In this document: positions 53,107 to 63,946 of the stretch, piece by piece | Layout: the number at the start of each line of letters is the position of its first letter | Position numbering within the stretch: position 1 is the stretch's first letter | DNA from: Octopus bimaculoides | Taxonomy: Eukaryota | Reading direction: 5' to 3' | DNA: 63,946 nt | NCBI RefSeq assembly: GCF_001194135.2 | Contig: NC_068981.1 | Location: forward strand, 122,364,250-122,428,195 | Made by a program: the position numbers and the translations under genes | The notes under the pieces: model-generated | Database searches by the model: none | What the model saw: only the letters and a program-made list of their open reading frames with translations | Told to the model about the DNA's origin: nothing

Positions 53107-53531
53107 CACACATACACACACACACATGTATATACATACTAAGCTACCCCCTGCAGAAGTAGGGATAAAGACGAGACTAACACCCATGGACTGCTATTGA
53201 TCAACGCATTCAGAATAGTTACTATGAAACAAGTTACTACTGTTCAAAACACTTTGATGCGAAAACAGAGTAAGTGATACTTGTGAAAAATATAAGTGCA
53301 ATAAAGAGATAAAAACAAGGGAGCGAAAAAATAAATGTTTTGAAATTTAATGACATAAACATTTTGATTCTATGTCGTCCACAGACATATGAGAAATTAT
53401 AGTACACAAATGAGTAAACTACTGCGATAAATAAGATTTTCCCTGCAAATAAATACCGACCGCACATTATTTAAAATTTCAGTTCTCTTTCAGCTCTCAC
53501 TTCCTTCCTCCCTACGCCCCTTCCTCTTCCA

Positions 53532-53615
<84 letters not shown>
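53532..53615. repeat. (TATC)n microsatellite
   Basis: Directly visible. Confidence 0.95.
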
Positions 53616-53616
<1 letters not shown>

Positions 53617-54444
53617 AAGATTTTACATTACATTATAGCTCTATATCACTTTACTCTCAACATGGAAAACATTAGATTTTCACCAGAAATGCCTATTTAA
53701 GTAGGAAACGTAAAATGTAACATTAATTCGACATGTTTTAAGTAACATATCAAACATTTCCATTACGGCCTAGTAATGATTTAGCGATTATCTATCACTG
53801 AAAACAATCAGGTAGACATGTTAACCCTGGTTAATTAGTTCATAAATCAATTAATAAAAATAATTACTGCACTTTATAAAAAGCTTTTGAGAAGCATTTC
53901 TTTAAATTTAAAATAGATAAAGAATAACATAAAATAAATGTATACTATAGTTGCTATCAAAAAATGTAAGCGGATATCTTAGCAAAATACGGAATAGTAC
54001 AAAGGACATCACCTACCTTATGTACAACATACACAATCCTCACCTCCACAACTAACACTAACCTATTTAAATCACAATAAACATTGACATGCGAGCGGAA
54101 GCACTTCCAATACATAGCACTCAACTTCACTTCAATGATTTTATTATCAATATAAACTCTCATCTCTTAACGTAGCTATGGTGGCAACCACAACTGAAAG
54201 ATAGATGTTTGCAGGAAATTTTCTTTATACTTATCACAAGACGGGCAACACGTTAGTTTCTCACCTTTCGCCAGTTATTCTAATGTCCCAAGGTCTCCGG
54301 GTAGTCACGAAAAAATCTTAAACGACGTATATAAAAGCGAATTCAAGACAAGGACACCACAGTCAACATGATCACCAGCATGACCATCGTAATCATTACT
54401 TTCATTATTACTAATAAGCCGGAACTGCAGTACAATTAAAACTA

Positions 54445-54490
54445 TTGCAGCAGCAGCAGCAGCCGCAGCAGCAGCAGCAACCGCAGCAGC

Positions 54491-54543
<53 letters not shown>
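54445..54543. repeat. (CAG)n(TAG)n compound microsatellite
   Basis: Directly visible. Confidence 0.95.
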
Positions 54544-55360
54544 AAAACGAAGGAGAAGTATGTTTGGAGTCAGTATGCCATTTAACACAGTGAAGTTATT
54601 GATATGATGGTGTGGAGCAGAATGGAGACCCTGTATAAAAAAGAAAAAAAGAAAAAAAAAGAAATTGAAAAAAACAAAAGAACAAGGAATAACCAAAATA
54701 AAATGAATGAAAGAAGGAAAATATATACGGCCAACTGCATCCAGAATTTACCTGCTTAAATCATAATTTTCTTCTTGCACCTGAGGTAACTGTACGAAAA
54801 TAACGTACATGTCTATTGTGTTTTGACACAGCACCTTCCGAAACGCCATTTAAAAAAATATTATACTCTTTTACTCNNNNNNNNNNNNNNNNNNNNNNNN
54901 NNNNNNNNNNNNNNNNNNNNNNNNNNNNNNNNNNNNNNNNNNNNNNNNNNNNNNNNNNNNNNNNNNNNNNNNNNNNNNNNNNNNNNNNNNNNNNNNNNNN
55001 NNNNNNNNNNNNNNNNNNNNNNNNNNNNNNNNNNNNNNNNNNNNNNNNNNNNNNNNNNNNNNNNNNNNNNNNNNNNNNNNNNNNNNNNNNNNNNNNNNNN
55101 NNNNNNNNNNNNNNNNNNNNNNNNNNNNNNNNNNNNNNNNNNNNNNNNNNNNNNNNNNNNNNNNNNNNNNNNNNNNNNNNNNNNNNNNNNNNNNNNNNNN
55201 NNNNNNNNNNNNNNNNNNNNNNNNNNNNNNNNNNNNNNNNNNNNNNNNNNNNNNNNNNNNNNNNNNNNNNNNNNNNNNNNNNNNNNNNNNNNNNNNNNNN
55301 NNNNNNNNNNNNNNNNNNNNNNNNNNNNNNNNNNNNNNNNNNNNNNNNNNNNNNNNNNNN

Positions 55361-55410
55361 CATGTGGTTGGTAAGCAAGCTGCTTACCACACAGCCACTC
55401 CTACGCCTAT
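55361..55410 (-). mobile_element. SINE head (family of 52965-53106), cut by an assembly gap
   Basis: The reverse complement reads taggcgtaggagtggctgtgtggtaagcagcttgcttaccaaccacatg. Confidence 0.65.
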
Positions 55411-56660
55411 AACCACATATTTTAATCATATTTTATGAAAATAAAACATATTGAAAACATTTATGCTATGCTTCCCGATAATGTATTCCTGCAATGATTC
55501 TAAAAGTTCTGGGAAAACTATATCAAATATAATGCTATCTATACAGTTTGAAAAGTATTAATTGATTTAAGAAGCCATCATAGCATGAAAAGAATTGAAT
55601 TGAGTTTTGTAATATAGAAAGGATTAATATGGAATGATTTCATTTATGACTCCTGTTTGTTTATGGGTCAGACTTACGGCGTGTTATTCTATTTACCTTC
55701 ACGCAAGCGCTCTTTTCTACGAAACTGCTTAGGTGTCAGTTTCGGACGACAAAGATAAATTTGACAAAATGTTATCTCCAAAAATTTGATTTCGGCAACT
55801 TATATGTGATTCTTGTTTCACCTTTAACACTTACTGCAATATCCCAGAACCATCTGCTTGAGGTATCGATGTCTTATGCTTCATTCATTTACCAATAAAA
55901 CCGTAGTGTTTATGTTCTGAACTCTGTTGACAGAGGTTAAATAAAAAGTCGCTGACAATATGTCGAAAGAATTGTGATATCTATTATGCAGTTGATAAGG
56001 GAAATTTATGTATGATAGGATTGATGTCTGTGAATCTATTATTTGCCGAGGCCTCCTACTTTTGAGCTGACATTCATTGTCATAAGTTGAACGTAGTGGT
56101 GTTCATGTTTTATGGTGGTTTTGTTGTTTGTATTATTACACAAATTGATATTCTCTGATTGCCTTTATTGTTCACCTAAGTATAATAAGATGGTAGGTAA
56201 TTATTTGTAGTTTTCCGATATTTTGCGACAACTTGTTCAAAAGAAAAATCCTTACTCATATATATATATATATATACTTATATCGAACAGTAAGAATGCG
56301 TGCTAACGCCGCTTTCGTGCTTAATAATTTTTACCTGTGTTAACAAGGCTGTCAGTTGTTTGATACTGAGTATAAACATTTATTTGTTTATTCCATAATC
56401 CCGTTCAATCTTGTGTAGCTTCGTTGTATTCTCATCTAAGGTGAAAGGATACCAACTTTCCATGTGGTAGGCTTGATAATTGCTGAGAATTCTCGGCATC
56501 AAACCAATTGTAGCCTTATTAGCCGCACACACACGCACAAACACACAGACACACACATATATATATATATGTGTGTGTGTCTGTGTGTATTTGTGTGTGT
56601 ATGTATATATATATAGATTGATAAATAAACATATATATGTATATATTTATATATATAATG

Positions 56661-56699
<39 letters not shown>

Positions 56700-58919
56700 N
56701 NNNNNNNNNNNNNNNNNNNNNNNNNNNNNNNNNNNNNNNNNNNNNNNNNNNNNNNNNNNNNNNNNNNNNNNNNNNNNNNNNNNNNNNNNNNNNNNNNNNN
56801 NNNNNNNNNNNNNNNNNNNNNNNNNNNNNNNNNNNNNNNNNNNNNNNNNNNNNNNNNNNNNNNNNNNNNNNNNNNNNNNNNNNNNNNNNNNNNNNNNNNN
56901 NNNNNNNNNNNNNNNNNNNNNNNNNNNNNNNNNNNNNNNNNNNNNNNNNNNNNNNNNNNNNTGTGTGTGTGTGTGTGTGTGTGCGTGTGTCTGCATTTAC
57001 GTATATACAGATATATATGAATGTATAAATGGATAATCAAATGAGATAAATCTGAAAATTCCGGTAGTTCCATATTTCCGCATGAAATACAGATGAACGG
57101 ATTTGGAGAACTACTAATTACTTTGTTTTACTGCTTCCTATTTTAGACGTGAAACCTGAATGCATTTACCTCCATGAAGCATTGAAATTGATGCTATTGG
57201 CCCAACAAGAAAGTTTGAACGTCTTGACTTCGGTGATCTTATGATAGTGCGGAAAGAGGAAGGTGATTAGTATTCCATTACACACAAACAAATATATAAC
57301 ACTATGAAAAGCCTCCTGTAACCAGAAAATGGTTTGGCTTCGGGAAATAATTTCTTCACATAACTAACATGTCAACATTTATGAGGAGTGATAATACTAA
57401 TTTGTATTCTGATAGATAGGCCTTATTGACATAATTATACAAAACAGAAGGCCACATAAATTGGGGAGCTTGTGTTTGACCTGCACTTATTCGTTAATTG
57501 AAGGTACACCTTATCTAGTAAATCAACTACGGTTGACTCAGCTAATAGTTAAAAATTATTGCATTATAATTTTCTTGACTTTTTGTGTATATTGGATTAT
57601 ATTTCCTCTTGGGTACTTTGTTTGAATGCTGTGAAGATTCGTGTGCGGTAGATTTCTCTGTTATTACTAGCAGCCTAAACAACCATGTAGTAAATTACTA
57701 GTCCGTTGAAGAGGACTCTCTGTGGAGCAATTTTGCTATCAACGTAAACTTGCGACTTCTTGAGTATTCAAATAAGATGTTTTATTTTATATCACGAAGA
57801 TATTAGAAAATAGTGTCAAGAATAATCTTTAAAATTAGTCCTATTTTCTCTCAATCCTTAATGCGATGGATATTTAAGATATGTTCTCTTCACTACATTT
57901 TCATATAAAGAGTGGATTTTCATCAATTTTAATGGAAAATCTGTCATTCAGTTCTCCATGTTCATCTTAGAAAATTCGCTTCTTTAACTTACTGCCAAGA
58001 TTTCGACATACTTTACTTTTGTCGTATGTTTTATCTCTCTGTTTGACAGGCGTTCGTTTGAATCCAATTTAATAACTTAAGCGACATAATGAAAACTTTT
58101 TTTTCGGTTATGTACAAATTGTCATTCAGGGAGCTTATCTCCGTATCTTCTGCAGTATATTGGTCTCTGAATTACGGTCTCTAACAGCCAAATCCCTTTC
58201 AAATAATTACATTACCACAATCTGATGTTTCCCTTTCCCATATCTACTCTGAAGTAACACACTGCTTATAATTGCTTTCACATGTTATCAAATGCAGGAA
58301 TCATATTCATTTAGTTTCATTTGTAGGAATGCCAATTTGAAATATAAGGAAATACAGGGAAACTCCAACTGTAACATGTTTGAGAAGCAATTTTAATACT
58401 TTATTCTTAATTTATCAAGTAAAATGGGGTTCTGGAGTGTTAACCTCTACTCCGTACTCTAATCTTTCTCAACCTCTGTCTGCTGCTCCCATTTTCTTTC
58501 TCTTCTTTTTCTCTCACCATATCTCCACATTTCTCTCTTTGTACATATATATATATATATATATACATATGAGTGTGTCAGTATATATATACATATATGT
58601 GCGTGTCAGTGTATATGTGGGTGTATGCGTAAGTGCACATAAACTTTACTTGATTTCCATAACACAAAAACCACTCTTTATTACATTAAAGTTATAACCG
58701 GCAGGTAGTGTATAGGTCTTCGTTTTTGCACTTATATGTACATGGAATTATATACTCATAACATTGTATACACCAATGATTTATCGCACGTCTATACAGG
58801 CTACGAATAGTATTTGAGGAAAGATTTATGGTTTTTAAATAAACGCATACATAAGAACATGAAAGACAGTATTTTATAAAAATCACAAAAACATAAAGCT
58901 AAATAATCAATTTAAGACT

Positions 58920-59980
58920 TCCATTCAATAAAACCACCATAAGCATCAATAACAGCATCTACACGGGGTCGAAATCGTTTACAAGGTCGGATTAAGTGGT
59001 CCTTGTCCCTATCGAACATGCCTCGAACTATGGCGGCTTTCAAAAACTCTTGGTGCTTTGGGTGAGTTCATTGACACTTTTCACAACGATGCTTCATACA
59101 TAGTAGTCGAGTAATTGAGATCTGGAGATTCGAAGGATGTTGGGGGTGATGTGATCAAGCAAATTGTCAGCCATCCGATCATGTATCATTTGAGGCTTGT
59201 ATGTTGGGGAAAAATCTTATTGAAAGACATAAGGCCTTCAATTGCATACGCTGTTGATCCAAGGCTTAACAACTTATCCAGGACCTCAATATGCGCAGAA
59301 GTATTCATCCTAAGGCCTTGTGGAAAAACGTGAGGAGGCATCACATTTCCTTCATTGCTAGCAACACCCGAAACAATCACACTTGCAAGAAATTTTGAGT
59401 GAATTACATTTGGAACCTCAGAAGGGTCTGCGCATTGCCATCTGTCATTTTTTGCTAGTTTTCTGGTCCTGGTCAAAGATTTTTCTCATCTGAGAAAAGT
59501 GAAATCACACCAATTTCTCATGGAATTTTAATTATGTTCAAAAGTCTTTTGGATATGATTAAACGGTTTTCTTCTATTTTCTCTGACTCGAATTGACCTC
59601 TCTTCATCACGTAATATTTGCATATGATGTCTTCATGCACAGCATCTCTGACTGTTTTTTTTCCCTCAAACACGAAATCTGTTTGCAGTTGACCTCATTG
59701 ATTTTCCTGGATTCTCTTCCATGTTTTGCTTAACTTTCTGAATAAATTCAGGTGTCTTGAAAGAATCAAAGCGTTTGGAATGTTCTGCACGTTTTGATAC
59801 AGGTAATACGCTTCCCCCTTCTTTCTCTAACTCACACCGAATCTTGTGGATAGAAAATCTTGCACCGTTCAGAAAACGAGAAATTTCTAAATTACTATGC
59901 TTAGCCTTCAAAGCCACAATTACAGCACGCATTTTCATTTCATTAGTAAGCATACGCCTGGCATGTTCATACAATTAAAT
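58920..59980 (-). mobile_element. Decayed IS630-Tc1-mariner transposase, most like the DD37D (maT) group
   Basis: N-terminal RAVIVALKAKHSNLEISRFL (HTH), ENPGKSMRS, LFSDEKN (D1), NDRW..SKFLASVIVSGVASNEGNVMPPHVFPQGLRMNT, PYVFQ*D (D2), ..SPDLN/LDYYV (D3). D2-D3 spacing is 35 in this copy, with compensating indels. TIRs not identified. Confidence 0.85.
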
Positions 59981-60394
59981 TGTGTTATAAATGCATGCTG
60001 TCATTCTTAAATTAGCTTAATGAGGTTTTAGGTAGTTTTAAACATTCCCTGGGTAAAACGTGGAACCAGACATAAGTATACATTCTTCCTTATACAGTCT
60101 CCCTCCTTACATACGCGCTATATTACAGAACTTACAAATACATAGAACTAACGTCTAAGGTTTTAGATTCAGTTGTCATATTCTTTCGTTTTAATCATTC
60201 CCTGGTTAAAACGAGGAGACAGATATAAGTATATATTCTTATTTATACAGTCTCCCATTCTTTAATATTCAGTCGTCACATTCTTTAATACTCTCATTTC
60301 AAGATGCATTTTGATTTGTAGCACGTAAATTGGATAATTGAATGAAATAAATATAAAGTTCACACTAGTTCAATATTTCCGCGGACTCTACATA

Positions 60395-61300
60395 CCAGGT
60401 GGTATCAAAAGATTCCCGGAATAGTTCTTTTTAATAAACAAAATAACTTATTTACCTAAGTTTTCAAATCATCTCTTTCGAAATAGTTACCTTGCGTAGC
60501 AATCGACCTGTCCTAGTGTTGTTTCCACTTTTGAAATCCGGCCGGAAGTCGTTTTCCGTAAGCGATTCGAGGACCTTAATCGATTTGTTCTGGATCTCGA
60601 CAACGGTGTTAAAATGGCGACGCTTGAACTTCCTTTTCATCTTATAGAGGAAATGGAATTCCTCATGTACTAAATCCGATGTATAGGGCGGGTGCGGAGG
60701 CGATAGCATGTTGTTTTTGGCAAGAAACTCACGAGTGAGGAGAGCTCGGTATCTGAGTGAACTGTTGTTGTGAAGAATCCAGTTCCTCGTTCTCCACGTA
60801 TCTAGTCACTTTCGCCGAATAACCTCCTTCAGATATTTCAGAACATCGCAGTGGGACTCTCGATTGACGGTCTGGCCCTGGGAAACTAGTTCTCGGTGCA
60901 CAATACGGCGGATGTCGCATAAAACGATGAGCATGCTCTTGATTGTGTTGCGGTTCGTTCGTGCCTTCTTCGGGCGTACAGATAAAGGACATTTCCATTA
61001 TCGTGACGACTCATTCGTCTCAGGGTTGTACAAGTATACTCAACTCTCATCACCAGTGATGATCCTCGGCATGAAGGATGAGTCATCAGCGGCACGTTGA
61101 CGGAGATGTGATGCTCTTCTTGCTCCGTGGTCAGCAGGTAGGGGACAAACTTGGCAGAGACATACCTCTTTTTTCAATTAAGATTTTCATATTGCCTGCA
61201 TGGACCAATATGGCAGAGTAGCAACATCAGTAGTGTCGTTATTTCTCCTCTGACGATCGTCATTACAAGCTGATGAATTTTCACATATCCGTGAAAGATG
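60395..61300 (-). mobile_element. Decayed mariner (DD34D) transposon: catalytic half plus right TIR, 5' part missing
   Basis: MSAKFVPYLLT, RIITGDES (D1), WILHNNS (LHHDNA, D2), PPHPPYTSDLVHEEF (YSPDLAP.DF, D3). TIR-like ccaggtggtatcaaaagattcccgga at 60395-60420, preceded by TA (60393-60394). Confidence 0.9.
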
Positions 61301-62558
61301 TGATGCATAAATAAATTTACTTTTATCTAATGTTGCAATTTGTGTTATTGGCCTTCCAAGGAAAAATAATCTAGTGAAACATGTGATCCTTTCATGATAA
61401 ATTTGAATTATCTGGAAAAAGATATTTTCTTCTATACAGATTTATTTGACCTGTTGACATTAGGGGGATGCCACAAACGCACCTTTTGATACAGAGTGAA
61501 CGTTTCTAATATTTGGTTTTACATTTTTTGTTTCATCTCAATAAACTACTTCTAAAATGCATAAACGCAAATTACTGAAAATTCTTTCGATATATCACTC
61601 ATGTGATCATAGCAATTTCATTGTTTATGTAACACAAAGATTGTTTATGCAGAAGATGAGTCATATGAAATGATGTAGAAGAAAGTAAACGCTTTTTTAC
61701 AGCAGTAAATATTACATGTAGCACATTGTTTCGTTTCAAATTTAAAACTACAAAAAATAAACCAGTCGGTTTTGATTAGCTATTTTAATATATTATATTA
61801 CCGCATTATATATTTTTGCTACTGAAGTTATTATTTTCAGAATGCTTTATGTCTCCATGTTATTTAAACAGGAAATAGTTCATAATATACTTGAACTGGA
61901 TGTACAAAATATGAGAGAAAATGCACTAGATAATGTAATTCAATATTCCGTTGTTAATCTTGTCAATGTTGTTACTAAGCGTCAAATTCATAAATGTTGC
62001 TCTATGAAAATAGGGAATTGAAGTTCAAGTTCTAACGTAGAATTGAAATATGTAATGAGAAGTGTTACTTAGCTCTGAAGTCTTTGGCATTAAAATTGTA
62101 CATTATTTTGTATGTACATCTTGATACGCGTGTATCGACATAAATTTAATAGCATATATATTCCAGTATTACTTTCAACGTAGACAATTACATCTATGTA
62201 CAGAATCCTTACAACGATTCAAAATGTAAATAATGTATCGTTTAGAACTGATGAGGACAAAAAAAAAAAATTCGTAAGTCCTATGGGGACATTTAATTTG
62301 AAATACTGCAAGAACGTGTGTGAAAAAAGAAGATAGTAGGATAGCTAAAGAAGTATTTGAACAAAGTATTTGGCTAGACTTTTGAAATGTGTAACATGCT
62401 GATTCTTATCTGAAGGGAAAATAAATATATTGAATATATATATAGAAAGAGCACAAATATATAAGAAATCTGAGCAAATAATAGACGTTTCTTAGAGACG
62501 AAGTGCAAAGCAACTTTTAGGTTCACTCGGTCTAATATTATGTAGTTCTGCTCTCCAG

Positions 62559-62682
62559 TATCGAAATCCTTCCTTTTGAAAGCTTTAGAATTTAGTGAGC
62601 ACCTTACGAACATCAACGACCTGGATATCAAAGTCATCTTGAACGTTAGTAATACAAATTGGTTTACGGTGATTGCTACTAG
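62559..62682 (+). CDS. Candidate internal exon (124 nt), product unknown
   Basis: Acceptor gttctgctctccag|, donor TAG|gtaaag, 40 open codons SKSFLLKALEFSEHLTNINDLDIKVILNVSNTNWFTVIAT. No homology confirmed. Confidence 0.2.
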
Positions 62683-63656
62683 GTAAAGAAGAATGTAAAG
62701 TCAATTTTCGATGTATCGAAGTGGAGCTACGACGAGGCTGGGATTACTAACCTCGTCAGGTTATTTATTATGAATACTCTAAGGTATCTCGCGTACCGTC
62801 AAGTTTAGGTGTTCTATAGAATCGAGTATCTGGCAATAGCAGGCTATATAAACGGCCACATACTGGCCACATAGATCCGTTAAAGATCTCAAATAATCCT
62901 GTCAATCTATCACGCCCACCACCGATTTGACAAAATCCATCTGTGTAGCTAGTTATTATTCTAAATATAATTTCTTTCGTAGAGGGTTATTTACTACGTC
63001 ATCACAGTGCCAGGGAAAACTTGACAGCGTAGATCATTAGTGGAAGTGATTGGTGCAATATGTTTATGAATATCTACGATCTTCTGCATCGAGGCATTTT
63101 CACATAATTTTTAGAAGCCTGGTACATTTAAATTCAAGTAATTCCACTAATGTTACTTAAATTCTTCATTACTAAGTGAGTGTTAAGGGAAGAAAATTAA
63201 TACACATATAGCCTGCGTGATTACTCGGATGTCAGGAACAATCAACTGGAAAATATGAAATAAGTCGGCTATTTCTCTTTTCAAGATTAACTTTAAAAAA
63301 AATTGCATGAAATACGTATATTTTGAAAATTCAAAGTATATAAGATTTTTGATACAAATAATACTGTGCTAATTTCCAGTTGTATGCACGATTTTAGTAT
63401 AAGAATCGCAAATATTAATAAAAATATTAAATATCTATCGACATCTCATTTTCCCGTTCGAATAATTGTTTTCATCAGAAACTTGTCCATTGAAGAACGT
63501 TTCTTGTAATAATTATGTTATTGCACGAATATATTTACAGCCAATGATTCAGTTACGAAAGCTTATATGAAGGTAACTAGTCATATATTTGAGAAATGAA
63601 GTAAAATATCGTCTGCCGTAATCATTTGTCATGCTTTGAGAAATCTTTATTTTATA

Positions 63657-63740
63657 CTAGCAGAAATACCCGGCTTTGCCCGGGTTAAGGAGAATAATGA
63701 AATCTAAAAACGCCGTCTAGACTACGCAACCCTCAACTGT
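63657..63740 (+). mobile_element. Probable terminus of a non-autonomous Helitron/Helentron-type element
   Basis: actagcagaaatacccggctttgcccggg (ACTAG start plus a cccgg..cccggg GC hairpin) resembles termini I recall for invertebrate non-autonomous Helitrons. The other end was not found. Confidence 0.45.
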
Positions 63741-63946
63741 TAGTAGCTACGATACCATATTTCTACATTAATAGCTCTCCAATCCATGCCAGCATGGAAC
63801 ATAGACATTAAGTGGAATGCCAGTCTCTCATCTAGGAGGGCCTTGAAATCAATGTTACCAACTGGGGACTACGTGTGTCGTAGTGATAATAAAAAGACCC
63901 AAAGGAGGTCTGCAACGAAATAATTTTACTCAACACTTTGCAAGTG

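Overview
AT-rich eukaryotic draft-assembly DNA with many N gaps, very dense in microsatellites ((TA)n, (CA)n, (AAT)n, (TATC)n). The repeat families resemble those I recall from Octopus/coleoid cephalopod genomes; this is an inference, not a database result. No host gene could be called confidently, so the window reads as intronic or intergenic. Supported content: four decayed R4/Dong-type (restriction-like endonuclease) LINE fragments associated with (AAT)n arrays; two copies of a ~555 bp non-coding element with identical ends, also at (AAT)n; a 5'-truncated RTE-like LINE 3' end with three C2H2 fingers and an 11 bp TSD that supplies an in-frame ATG; three decayed IS630-Tc1-mariner transposons (Tc1, maT-like, mariner); about ten SINE copies from several families; two near-complete fold-back palindromes (197 and 409 bp); degenerate tandem repeats; and a probable Helitron-type terminus. 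A few splice-bounded open frames are reported as low-confidence exon candidates only. No rRNA, tRNA gene or CRISPR array was seen.
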